From Firmicutes bacterium ADurb.Bin248 (GTDB lineage Bacteria > Bacillota > Clostridia > Christensenellales > CAG-138): DNA of 64,000 nt. The stretch spans positions 21,636 to 85,635 of the forward strand of contig MWBW01000004.1 of assembly GCA_002069725.1 (NCBI GenBank). Reading direction: 5' to 3'. Positions 1 through 9,102 of the stretch are shown here, piece after piece. Below the pieces are notes generated by a model. That model worked only from the letters and a program-made list of their open reading frames with translations. It had not been told where the DNA came from and ran no database searches. A program made the position numbers and the translations under genes. Within the stretch, counting starts at the first letter, position 1. The number at the start of each line of letters is the position of its first letter.

Positions 1-56
1 GCCCCCTGGATTTGACGCCGTCACTATATACGACAAACGGCGTTCAGCCAATGCCG

Positions 57-85
57 TTGTCGCGCGCGCTTTGCCGTGCTATACT
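57..85 (+). promoter_or_regulatory. putative sigma-70-type promoter of the DUF567 gene
   Basis: TTGTCG (57-62), 17-nt spacer, TATACT (80-85), about 45 nt upstream of the ATG at 131. Confidence 0.35.
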
Positions 86-130
86 TTTAGACACGGGCGC
101 GCGCGCCCGAAAAGACGGGAGGCGGACGAT

Positions 131-613
131 ATGAAGCTATACATGCGCCAGAAGGTGTTTTCCTGGGCGGACAAATTCAACGTTACGGACGAGCTCGGCG
201 CGGACCGCTATTTTATCGAGGGGGAGCTTTTCTCCTGGGGCAAAAAGCTGCACGTGAGCGACGTTATGGGGCGCGAGGTCGCCTTCATCCAGCAGAAGGT
301 GTTCAGTTTCCTGCCGCGGTTTTTCGTGTTCGTGAACGGCGTGCAGGTCGCCGAGATCGTCAAGGAGTTCACCTTCTTCCGGCACAAATACCGCATCGAC
401 GGCCTCGGCTGGGAGGTCGAGGGCGACTTCTTCGCGCACGACTATGAGATCATCCAAAACGGCAGCCCCGTCGTATACATCCACAAGCAGTGGATGAGCT
501 GGGGCGACAGCTTCGAGCTGGATATCGCGGACGGCGTGAACGAGCCTTTGGCCCTCGCGGTGGTGCTTGCCATAGACTGCGTGCTCGACGCCGCGCAGCG
601 CGCGAACCACTGA
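131..613 (+). CDS. LURP-one-related / DUF567 (tubby C-terminal-like, YxjI-type) protein, 160 aa
   Basis: ORF 71..613 trimmed to the ATG at 131, preceded by GGGAGG. The pattern MRQKVFSWADKF.V.DE.G...Y.I.GE.FSWGKKL.V.D..G.EVA.I.QK is typical of this family. Confidence 0.75.
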   Translation: MKLYMRQKVFSWADKFNVTDELGADRYFIEGELFSWGKKLHVSDVMGREVAFIQQKVFSFLPRFFVFVNGVQVAEIVKEFTFFRHKYRIDGLGWEVEGDFFAHDYEIIQNGSPVVYIHKQWMSWGDSFELDIADGVNEPLALAVVLAIDCVLDAAQRANH

Positions 614-622
614 TACGAACGG

Positions 623-658
623 CATAAACGCCGGCGTCTCGAAACGCCGGCGTTTATG
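623..658. terminator. bidirectional stem-loop between convergent genes
   Basis: Perfect 15-bp stem CATAAACGCCGGCGT / ACGCCGGCGTTTATG with 6-nt loop, lying between the + gene stop (613) and the - gene stop (654). Confidence 0.6.
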
Positions 659-893
659 GTTCGAGGTTATTTTCATCGAACAAAGGCGAGCGGAAAAATT
701 CCGAAACGCTGATACCGATGCCCTGGCATATTTCGTGGATGATGCGGAGCTTCACGGAATCGTAGGAACAGTTGATCACGTTGCCGATCGTCGATTTGGG
801 TACCCCGCTTTTCATATAAAGCTGATACTGCGTCATGTTCTCCTGCTTTAACAGCTGCGCAAGCCGCGCGCTGACTGCCTGATTCAATTTCAT
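654..893 (-). CDS. XRE-family helix-turn-helix transcriptional regulator, 79 aa
   Basis: HTH signature ...LLKQENMTQYQLYMKSGVPKSTIGNVIN.... ATG at 893 preferred over the GTG at 902. Confidence 0.8.
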   Translation of the reverse strand: MKLNQAVSARLAQLLKQENMTQYQLYMKSGVPKSTIGNVINCSYDSVKLRIIHEICQGIGISVSEFFRSPLFDENNLEP

Positions 894-1231
894 GGGTATC
901 ACCGCTCATCCCTGTAACTGTACGAAAAGTATAGTTCCATGGTTTAAAAAATTAGTCCCTGAAACTGTACCATTCCGCGAATCTGTGGTATGCTGATAGA
1001 ACAAACGAGCGCCGGAGATCAGACATGGATAAATTCCGCCCGCAAAGAGCAAAAAGCATATCCGGGCAAAACGCCGGAAAACGGAACAAGCCCGCCATGC
1101 CCGGCAGGCCGGCCGACCGCGATCCGGAGATTAACGCCTGCCGGCAGAGAATCCCCTGCAAAAGGGATATTCCGACACCGGAGGAGCTGATCGCCTTCTT
1201 AGCGGATGAGGTCGGAGCCAAACAAGAATAA

Positions 1232-1249
1232 GGAACCCCGGCCGGTTCC
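1232..1249 (-). terminator. weak terminator-like hairpin downstream of the mutS2-like gene
   Basis: GGAACC-6 nt-GGTTCC, followed on the minus strand by TTATTCTTGTTT. About 50 nt past the stop at 1298. Confidence 0.35.
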
Positions 1250-1297
1250 CGAACAATCGGGGATCAGCCGGGGAACAAACATGCTTTCTTCTCGCAA

Positions 1298-3253
1298 TCA
1301 ATCATCGGGTTCCACAGAATTTGCCTGTTCCTGCCCCTGCTTGACGACCGCGACGTTATCCTCCACATGCCGCTTGCCCATCAGATGCCGCGCCTTGCGG
1401 TTGGCCACGGTGGCGAAGACGATGGAAAAATCGTAATCGTCCGGATACAGCTCCGCCGCCGCGATGTAAAGCTTGAGCCGCCTGTGCGAAACGAGTTTCT
1501 TCTGCCGCTTGACCTGCACGCCGACCTCGCCCTTCTCGTTGGCCGGGGCGTAGACGATGCCGATCTCCCGGTTCGGGTAGACGAGCACGCTGTCCCCGAC
1601 GGCGAAGCGTTGCGCGTGCGTTGAAACGGGCTTCGGAGCCTCCTCGCGCACGATGGCCGAGGCCGCGGCGCGCGGGGCGGGCGCGGTTTGCGCCGCGAAA
1701 TCCGCAAGCTCCGCCTTCGCGGGCGCGCCCGCGCCGTAAGCGGCTTTTTCCGCGTTTTTGAGTATGCGTTCCGGCATGCCGAGGCGCTCGGCGATATAGA
1801 TGGCGCAGCTCTCCCCAGCCTCGCCCATCTCGAGCCGGTAGAGCGGTTTGAGGTTCTGCCTGTCGAAGGCCATGCGCGCGTTCTCGAGCCCTTCGCGCCG
1901 CGCGGCGAACGCCTTGACCTCGGGGTAATGGGTCGTGACGACGAATAGGCACCCGCGGCAGCAGAGCTCCTCGAGTATCGCCACGGCAAGGCCCATGCCC
2001 TCGGCGGGGTCCGTGCCGGAGCCGAGCTCGTCGAGCAGCACGAGGGAATCGGGCGAAGCCTTCGCGAGCACGCCTATGATGTTGGTCATGTGCGAAGAAA
2101 AGGTCGAGAGGTTCTCCGCGATGCTCTGCCCGTCCCCGATGTCGCACAGCACGAGGTCGCGCATCGGGAACACGCTGCCCTCCGCCGCCGGAACGTGCAG
2201 CCCGCTCTGCGCCATCAGCGAGAGCAGCCCCACGGTCTTGAGCGCGACGGTCTTGCCGCCCGTGTTCGGCCCCGTGACGACGACGCCGCGCACGCCTTCG
2301 CCCAACGCGAGGTCGAGCGGGACCGCCGTCGCCCCGTCGAGCAGCGGATGCCGCGCCGCGCGCAATATAAGCCTGTTTCCGGCTTCGATCGCGGGACAGG
2401 CCGCCTTCATGGAAAGGCTCAAAGCGCCCTTGGCAAAGAGGAAATCCAGAAGTTCCATCGCCTCGATGTTCAGGCGGATGTCCGGCAGCGCGTCGGCGGC
2501 GAGGGCGGTCAGCGTATAGAGCACGCGCCGTACCTCCGCGTCCTCCTCGACCTCGAGGGAGGCGAGCTCCTTTTGGAGCCGCACGACCGCGGCGGGCTCG
2601 ATGAACAGCGTGCCGCCCGAGTTGGAAATTTCGATCACGTCGCCCGGCACGTCGTTCTTATGCTCGCGCCGCACGGGCAGCGTGTAGTGGCTGCCGCGCA
2701 GCGACACGAAGCTGTCCGAAAACCATTTGCCGTTTTTCGCGAGCAGCGCGTTCAGCTTCGCCTTGATCTGGTCTGCGACGTTCTGCATGCCCCTTCGGAT
2801 ATCCCAGAGCGCCCCCGTCGCCTTGTCGTCCACCTGCGCGCCGCGTATGCAGCGCTCGATTTCGGATTGCAGCCCGGAAAGCTCGCGGATCGAGCCTCCG
2901 TAAAAGGCGATGTCGCAGCCCGTGGATTCCGCGCGGCGCAGATACTGCTTCATGCGGCGGCAGGACGAGGCGAACAGCGCGAAACGCTCGAGCTGCTCGG
3001 GCAGGAGCATATCCCCCGCCTCTATGAGCGCGATGAGCTTTTCAAGCTCCGCCATGGCGGCGAGCGGCGGCGAGCCCGTCGCCTCGAGTAGGCGCCGCGC
3101 CTCGCCCGTTTCCGCGAGGCGGCGCTTCGCCTCGCGCTCGTCGAGCGTGGGCGCGAGCGCAAGGCATTTCGCCTTAACGCCGTCGGACACGGCCAAGTCC
3201 GAGAGCCGCTTCAATATGACGTCGAATTCGAGAAATCTATGCTGGTCGTTCAT
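1298..3253 (-). CDS. mutS2: MutS2-family ATPase (MutS domain V), 651 aa, no Smr domain seen
   Basis: Walker A GPNTGGKTVALKT, Walker B LVLLDELGSGTDP, TTHY motif. ATG at 3253 preceded by AAAGGGAA. C-terminus has a KOW-like GDSVLVYPNREIGIVY... segment but no Smr (LDLHG/HGKG) motifs. Confidence 0.85.
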   Translation of the reverse strand: MNDQHRFLEFDVILKRLSDLAVSDGVKAKCLALAPTLDEREAKRRLAETGEARRLLEATGSPPLAAMAELEKLIALIEAGDMLLPEQLERFALFASSCRRMKQYLRRAESTGCDIAFYGGSIRELSGLQSEIERCIRGAQVDDKATGALWDIRRGMQNVADQIKAKLNALLAKNGKWFSDSFVSLRGSHYTLPVRREHKNDVPGDVIEISNSGGTLFIEPAAVVRLQKELASLEVEEDAEVRRVLYTLTALAADALPDIRLNIEAMELLDFLFAKGALSLSMKAACPAIEAGNRLILRAARHPLLDGATAVPLDLALGEGVRGVVVTGPNTGGKTVALKTVGLLSLMAQSGLHVPAAEGSVFPMRDLVLCDIGDGQSIAENLSTFSSHMTNIIGVLAKASPDSLVLLDELGSGTDPAEGMGLAVAILEELCCRGCLFVVTTHYPEVKAFAARREGLENARMAFDRQNLKPLYRLEMGEAGESCAIYIAERLGMPERILKNAEKAAYGAGAPAKAELADFAAQTAPAPRAAASAIVREEAPKPVSTHAQRFAVGDSVLVYPNREIGIVYAPANEKGEVGVQVKRQKKLVSHRRLKLYIAAAELYPDDYDFSIVFATVANRKARHLMGKRHVEDNVAVVKQGQEQANSVEPDD

Positions 3254-3695
3254 GGTGTTCCCTTTCAAAAAACATAAGCCAAAACAGTAACAATGCCCGC
3301 GTCGGACGCGCCGCACGATTCCGTGCGAAACGCTCCCCGCGGGCATAAAAAAGCGCGGTCAAAACCGTGCTGCTCTTATACGTGAATCGTTGAAGCAGTT
3401 TCTCAGGCGTATCCGTCGGAAGGCGCGCGAAACGCTCCCTCCGCACCCGTATTCAGTTGGGGCGAACCCGGACCCCCGAAACCGACATCAACAATCCTCC
3501 TTTTCTTATTCGCAAACAGTATATCAGATCGGCCGGAATTGTCAAGCGCGCGGCCAAAAATCCGCCTCGCGCGATCGGTTGCGCAGGACGGAACCAAGTT
3601 TCGTTTTTCCGTTGACACGCGAAGTAAAACACGGGATGATGATAGCGTCAAGTCATTCTGTTTCTATTATGCCATAGGATCACGGAGGCGCTGCC

Positions 3696-5474
3696 ATGAA
3701 GCGAACCGGCGGAGAAATCGTCGTAGACGCGCTCATTGAAGAGGGCGTGCCGTACATACTCGGCATACCGGGCCACGGCGTCATGGGGCTGTTCGACGCC
3801 GTGCGAAGGGCGCAGGACAAGATCCGGTACATCCAGGTCAAACACGAGCAGGCAGCCGCAGCCATGGCGGACGGCTATTTCCGCATGAGCGGGAAGCCGC
3901 TGGCCTGCTTTTCCTCCATCGGCCCCGGCACGCTCAACGCCTGCATCGGCCTTGCGACGGCGTATGTGGACTCGACCGCGTTTCTCCAGCTCTGCGGCGA
4001 CACGCACGTCCACATGAAGGGCGCGGGCGTATTGCAGGAGGTCGAGCGCTATCAGGACGGCAACATATCCCGCGCGCTCGAGCCGCTCGCCAAGCGCGTC
4101 TGGCGCGCGGAGTCCGCGGGACAGCTCCCGCGCATACTCCGCCGTTCGTTCTCGCTGATGAAGAACGGCCGCCCCGGTCCCTGCGCCGTGATGCTGCCCA
4201 TGGATGTGCAGTGCGCGGCAATCGAGGCGGGCCCTTGCCGCTCCGCCGAGGCGGATTCCCGCCCCTGCGCGGACGAAGAGAGCATCGCGCGCGCGCTCGA
4301 ATTGATGAAAGCGGCCAGACGCCCCGTCATACTCGCGGGCGGCGGCGCGCTGCGCGCGCGGGCAGGCGAATCGATCGAAGCGCTCGCGGAGCAATGGGGC
4401 GCGGCCATGGTGACCACGCTCGCCGCCAAAGGGACGGTGCGCGAAACGCACCCGCTCTGCGGTTTCCACACCGGCTCGAAGGGCACGCCGGTGGGCCTCG
4501 CGCTGTGCAGGAACGCGGATGTGATACTCGCCCTGGGCACGCGCTTCGCGGACGAAACGGCCTGCTCGTACCGCAAGGGCGCAAGCTTCAGTTTCCCGGA
4601 CACGAAGCTCATCCACGTCGACATCGACCCCGCGGAACTGGGCAAGAACTACGCGGCGGACGTCGCCATCGCCGCCGATCTGACCGACGCGCTTGAAAAG
4701 TTCAGCGCAGCGTTCGCAGCGCCCGTCGAGCGCGCGGAATACCGCGCGGAAATCGCGGCGCTTCGCGCGGACTGGGCAAAGGAACTTAAAGAGAAACGCG
4801 CGGTCAGGACAGAAAAGCTCACGATCTCGCAGCTCGTGGGCGCGCTCAACGAGCATCTGCCCGCGGACGCCGTCATCGCGACCTCCTCGGGCAACACGCA
4901 GGCGCAACTCTTTCAGGAATACTGCTACGGGGAACGATACTGCAACCTTACGACGGGCGGCTTCTCCACCATGGGCTGGGCCTTCCCCGCGGCGCTCGGC
5001 GCGAAGCTCGCGCGTCCTGAGAGGACAATCGTCGCGCTCGCGGGCGACGGGGATTTGCTGATGGTGCTCCAGGAGCTTTCGACCATGGCGCAGTATGACA
5101 TCCCCGTCGTCGTGGTGCTCGCGGACAACGCGGGCTGGATGGCCATCAAGGATCTGCAACTCGACGCGCTCGGCGAGGGCGCCGCGTTCGGCAACGATTT
5201 TCTCAGGGACGGAACGCCGTACTCGCCGGATTTTGTGAAGATCGCCGAGGCGTTCGGCATCCGGGCGGAGCGCATATCGAAACTCGGGGAATGCGCGGGA
5301 GCCATATCGCGCGCGGTCGCGGCAAACGCGCCGTATTTGATCCATGCCGACGTGTGCCGGGATTACCCGTACAGCGGCGGCAAGGCGTACGGCTGGTGGG
5401 ATGTGCCCGTACCGGAGTACGAAACGGCTCTGCGCGCGGCCTACGAACGCGCGCGCGGCGAAGAGACCGTCTGA
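3696..5474 (+). CDS. thiamine-pyrophosphate enzyme, acetolactate-synthase/IolD/Xsc-like, 592 aa
   Basis: N-terminal Pyr domain (GIPGHG...HEQAAAAMADGY...GPGTLN) and C-terminal TPP motif GDGDLLMVLQEL...VVVLADNAGW. RBS GGAGG. Confidence 0.85.
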   Translation: MKRTGGEIVVDALIEEGVPYILGIPGHGVMGLFDAVRRAQDKIRYIQVKHEQAAAAMADGYFRMSGKPLACFSSIGPGTLNACIGLATAYVDSTAFLQLCGDTHVHMKGAGVLQEVERYQDGNISRALEPLAKRVWRAESAGQLPRILRRSFSLMKNGRPGPCAVMLPMDVQCAAIEAGPCRSAEADSRPCADEESIARALELMKAARRPVILAGGGALRARAGESIEALAEQWGAAMVTTLAAKGTVRETHPLCGFHTGSKGTPVGLALCRNADVILALGTRFADETACSYRKGASFSFPDTKLIHVDIDPAELGKNYAADVAIAADLTDALEKFSAAFAAPVERAEYRAEIAALRADWAKELKEKRAVRTEKLTISQLVGALNEHLPADAVIATSSGNTQAQLFQEYCYGERYCNLTTGGFSTMGWAFPAALGAKLARPERTIVALAGDGDLLMVLQELSTMAQYDIPVVVVLADNAGWMAIKDLQLDALGEGAAFGNDFLRDGTPYSPDFVKIAEAFGIRAERISKLGECAGAISRAVAANAPYLIHADVCRDYPYSGGKAYGWWDVPVPEYETALRAAYERARGEETV

Positions 5475-5486
5475 AAGGAGGACGCC

Positions 5487-6689
5487 ATGTCGGGCAAGCT
5501 CAAATTCGTACTCGTCGGCTGCGGGCGTATCGCTTCGCTGCACGCGGCGGGCTACGAAAACCACCCGGACGCGGAACTCTACGGCGTGTGCGACAAGAAC
5601 AAGGCGAGAGCCGAGGAGTTCGCGAAGGAATACGGCGCGGGAAAGGTCTATACGGATTATCGGGACGTGCTCGCCGACCCCGAAGCGGACGCCGTGGAAC
5701 TGCTCGTGCCGCATCACCTGCATTGCGAGCTGGCCGTGGCCGCGTGCGAGGCGAAAAAGCACGTATCCGTGCAGAAGCCCATGGCGCTCAACCTCGCCGA
5801 GTGCGATTTGATGATCGGCGCCGCGAAGCGCAACGGCGTGAAGCTCAAGGTATACGAGAACTTCGTGTTCTACCCGCCCTACCAGCGTGCCAAGGAGTTG
5901 CTCGACGCGGGCGAGATCGGCGCGCCGGTGTCGATGCGCTATAAAATGAATAACGGCGGCCTGTGCTCCGCGAACCGGCCGGGCGTTGAGGCGCGCGTAA
6001 AGCAGGCGAAGCAGGATACGGGCGTGGAGCTCCCCGCGACGGGCTGGCCCGTGGACGCGGCCTCGTGGCTCTGGCGGCTCAACGACACGCTCGCGGGCGG
6101 GGGCCCGCTCGTGTTCGACGACGGCTACCACAAGTTCTCGCTCATCACGCACATGTTCGGAGATGTCGAGAAGGTCAGCGCGTGGATCGACTGCTCCCCC
6201 GTGCTGCCCGGCGTGTATCAGGACTGCCCGGCCATGATCATGTGGAAGCACAGGGCGGGCAGGCTCTACGGCGTGATGGACATCGTGGATTCGCCCGACA
6301 TGTACGTGAACAGCAAGTATTATACCTGCGACGAGCGGCTCGAACTGACGGGCACGCGCGGCGTCGTCTGGGTCACACGCTGCACAGCGAGCATGATGCC
6401 CGAGGTCGCGCCGGTCGTGATGTACCGCGACGGAAAGCTCCATGAATACCGCGACATGCCCTGCGACTGGGCGGATTCGTTCAGGAATTCAACGCAGGAT
6501 TTCATCGAGGCGATCAAGCTCGACCGCGAGCCCGTGCTTTCGGGAGAGTGCGGGCGCGAGGTGCTGAAGTTCGCGCTCGCCGCCATCGAGAGCGCGCGGC
6601 AGAAGCGTGAGATCTATCTCGACGAATACGAGGATAAGGCCCTGTCAAAGAAGCGCGGCGTGCTCGGCATCTTCGGCAAAAGGAGCTGA
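5487..6689 (+). CDS. Gfo/Idh/MocA-family NAD(P) oxidoreductase, 400 aa
   Basis: Rossmann start KFVLVGCGRIASLH and ...HVSVQKPMA motif. RBS AAGGAGG. 12 nt after the upstream stop. Confidence 0.85.
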   Translation: MSGKLKFVLVGCGRIASLHAAGYENHPDAELYGVCDKNKARAEEFAKEYGAGKVYTDYRDVLADPEADAVELLVPHHLHCELAVAACEAKKHVSVQKPMALNLAECDLMIGAAKRNGVKLKVYENFVFYPPYQRAKELLDAGEIGAPVSMRYKMNNGGLCSANRPGVEARVKQAKQDTGVELPATGWPVDAASWLWRLNDTLAGGGPLVFDDGYHKFSLITHMFGDVEKVSAWIDCSPVLPGVYQDCPAMIMWKHRAGRLYGVMDIVDSPDMYVNSKYYTCDERLELTGTRGVVWVTRCTASMMPEVAPVVMYRDGKLHEYRDMPCDWADSFRNSTQDFIEAIKLDREPVLSGECGREVLKFALAAIESARQKREIYLDEYEDKALSKKRGVLGIFGKRS

Positions 6690-6693
6690 AGCC

Positions 6694-7524
6694 ATGGAAG
6701 CCGATCGCCTGACAGGAGCCGCGGCGGAGATCCGCAAGCTCACCATACGCGCCATGGCCGCGGCGGGCTACGGCCACATCGGCGGCAGCATGTCCGTCTG
6801 CGAGGTTCTGGCCGTGCTCTACGGCGCAGTCATGCGCATCGACCCCGCGCGGCCGGATTGGGAGGAGCGCGACAGGCTCGTCTTGAGCAAGGGCCACTGC
6901 GGCCCCGCGCTCTACGCGGCGCTCGCGCATTACGGTTATTTCGACCCCGCGCTCCTTTTGACGCTCAACGCGAACGGCACCCTCCTTCCCAGCCACTGCG
7001 ACCGGCTCAAGACCCCGGGCGTCGATCTGAGCACGGGTTCGCTCGGGCAGGGCGTATCGCTGGGCCTGGGCGCGGCCCTCGGCTGCCGCATGAAAGGGCT
7101 TTCGAGCCGCGCATACGTCATCGTCGGCGACGGAGAGCTTCAGGAAGGCCAGGTCTGGGAGGGCGTGCAGTTCGCCGCGCACAGGAACCTCGACAACTTC
7201 ACGCTCGTCGTGGACGCGAACAAGCGCCAGCTCGACGGTTACGTCGAGGACATCTGCCGGGGCTTCGACCTCGAGAGGAAGTTCGGGGCGTTCGGCCTCG
7301 CGGCGCTCGAAGCGGACGGGCAGGACTGCGGCTCTATTCTGGAGGCTCTCACGAAAGCGAAGGAGTGCGGCCGCCCGGCGGCGGTCATCCTCGACACCGA
7401 GAAGGGACAGGGCTGCTGCTTCGCGGAAACGGTTCCCTTCAACCACTACATGAACATATCGTCCGAGATGGCGGAAGAAGCCTGCCGGGAAATCGACCGA
7501 AAGCTTGCCGAGGTGAGGCGATGA
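6694..7524 (+). CDS. transketolase, N-terminal (TPP-binding) subunit, 276 aa
   Basis: GHIGGSMSVCEVLAVLY, SKGHCGPALYA, GSLGQG, VGDGELQEGQVWE. ATG at 6694 after AGGAG. Confidence 0.9.
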   Translation: MEADRLTGAAAEIRKLTIRAMAAAGYGHIGGSMSVCEVLAVLYGAVMRIDPARPDWEERDRLVLSKGHCGPALYAALAHYGYFDPALLLTLNANGTLLPSHCDRLKTPGVDLSTGSLGQGVSLGLGAALGCRMKGLSSRAYVIVGDGELQEGQVWEGVQFAAHRNLDNFTLVVDANKRQLDGYVEDICRGFDLERKFGAFGLAALEADGQDCGSILEALTKAKECGRPAAVILDTEKGQGCCFAETVPFNHYMNISSEMAEEACREIDRKLAEVRR

Positions 7525-8480
7525 GCGCGCTTCGATACGAACAGGATACGATCGAGATGCGCGCGCGCTACTGCGACGCGCTCGTCGAGGCCGCGCGCGA
7601 AAATCCCCGCGTCGTCGCCATGGATGTGGATACGAGCGCCTCGATGGGAACGGCGCCGTTCTACGCGGCGTACCCCGAGCGCGCGATCAACTGCGGCATC
7701 ATGGAGGCCAACGCCGTGGGCGTGGCGGCGGGGCTCTCGAGCGTGGGGTACGTGCCGTTCCTGCACGCGTTCGGCGCGTTCGCCTCGCGGCGCGCGTACG
7801 ATCAGGCGTTCCTCTCGTGCGCGTACCAGAACCTGAACGTGAAAATCATCGGCATGGATGCGGGCGTCACCGCGACCGTCAACGGCGGCACGCACATGCC
7901 CCTCGAGGACATGGGCGTCATGCGCTGCATCCCCGGCATGACCGTCGTCGAGCCCGCGGACGGCGCGATGCTGCCGTACCTCGTGCGCCATATGGCGCAA
8001 ACCTACGGCTGCTTCTACCTGCGCTTCGGGCGAAAGAAGCTCATGCGCGTCTATGGGGACGGAGAGGATTTCACGCTCGGCAGGGCGATAAAGCTGCGCG
8101 ACGGGCGCGACGCGGCAATTGTCGCCTGCGGCATACTCGTGCACGAATCGCTCGTCGCGGCAGAGCTGCTGCGGCAGGAGGGCATCGAGGTCGCGGTGCT
8201 CGACATGCACACGGTAAAGCCCGTAGACGCGGACGCCATAGAAGCGGCGGCAAGGCTGTGCGGCGCGATCGTCACCGCGGAAAACCACAATGTGATCGGC
8301 GGCCTTGGCAGCGCGGTCGCCGAAGTGCTGGGCGAGCGCCGTCCCGTCCCGCTCGAGCGCGTGGGCGTGAAGGAGAGCTTCGGCGAGATCGGCACACAGG
8401 ACTATCTGATGAAAAAATTCGGCCTGACGGCCGGGGACATCGCACAGGCCGTCAAACGGGCCGTGCGGAGGAGGAATTGA
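7521..8480 (+). CDS. transketolase, C-terminal (pyrimidine-binding) subunit, 319 aa
   Basis: ATGA overlap with the upstream stop. INCGIMEANAVGVAAGLS and FGAFASRRAYDQ motifs. Confidence 0.9.
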   Translation: MSALRYEQDTIEMRARYCDALVEAARENPRVVAMDVDTSASMGTAPFYAAYPERAINCGIMEANAVGVAAGLSSVGYVPFLHAFGAFASRRAYDQAFLSCAYQNLNVKIIGMDAGVTATVNGGTHMPLEDMGVMRCIPGMTVVEPADGAMLPYLVRHMAQTYGCFYLRFGRKKLMRVYGDGEDFTLGRAIKLRDGRDAAIVACGILVHESLVAAELLRQEGIEVAVLDMHTVKPVDADAIEAAARLCGAIVTAENHNVIGGLGSAVAEVLGERRPVPLERVGVKESFGEIGTQDYLMKKFGLTAGDIAQAVKRAVRRRN

Positions 8481-8481
8481 C

Positions 8482-9102
8482 ATGCGCGTCGCCATCGTCA
8501 GCGAGGTTTCAGCGAAGGAGAAAAACGCGGCCATACTGGAGGCGCTCGAGCCGTTCGGGCACGAGGTCATAAACGCCGGCATGACGGCGCAAGGCGGCGG
8601 GCCGGAGCTGACCTACATCCACACGGGCTTCATCGCGGCGTCTCTTTTAAACCTCGGCGCGGTTGATCTGGTCGTGGGCGGGTGCGGCACGGGGCAGGGC
8701 TTTGTGAACTCCGTCATGCAGTATCCGGGCGTGGTCTGCGGGCTTATACTCGATCCGCTCGACGCGTTCCTCTTTTCGCAGATCAACGCGGGCAACTGCG
8801 TGTCCCTCGCGCTCAACAAGGGCTACGGCTGGGCGGGCGAAACGAACCTCGCCTACGTTTTCGAAAAGCTGTTCGAAAGGGAACCCGGCGGCGGTTTCCC
8901 GCCGCACCGGAGCGGAAGCCAGGCGCAGAGCCGCGAGCGGCTTCGCGCGGTATCGAGGGCAACGCATAGGTCCTTCGGGGAGATCGTAGCGGCGCTCGAT
9001 CCTGAGATCGTCCTGACTTCGCTCTCGCACGCGCCGTTTCGCGCCCTCGTTTCGGAGCGCGGCTGGCGCTGCTTCGAGGGCTTCGGGGAGGGCGCCGTAT
9101 GA
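8482..9102 (+). CDS. RpiB/LacA/LacB-family sugar(-phosphate) isomerase, long form, 206 aa
   Basis: MRVAIVSE... and GGCGTGQG motif. Starts 1 nt after the transketolase stop. Confidence 0.8.
   Translation: MRVAIVSEVSAKEKNAAILEALEPFGHEVINAGMTAQGGGPELTYIHTGFIAASLLNLGAVDLVVGGCGTGQGFVNSVMQYPGVVCGLILDPLDAFLFSQINAGNCVSLALNKGYGWAGETNLAYVFEKLFEREPGGGFPPHRSGSQAQSRERLRAVSRATHRSFGEIVAALDPEIVLTSLSHAPFRALVSERGWRCFEGFGEGAV

Noticed and set aside
131-893. DUF567 gene plus XRE regulator considered as a toxin-antitoxin pair
   Set aside because: The genes are convergent and separated by a strong bidirectional terminator, so they are not an operon. I know of no evidence that DUF567 proteins are toxins.
3648-6443. 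931-aa ORF on the minus strand
   Set aside because: It is antisense to the well-supported TPP-enzyme and Gfo/Idh/MocA genes. The translation is Arg/Ala/His/Gly-rich low complexity with no motifs or RBS. This is the typical stop-codon-poor antisense frame of GC-rich DNA.
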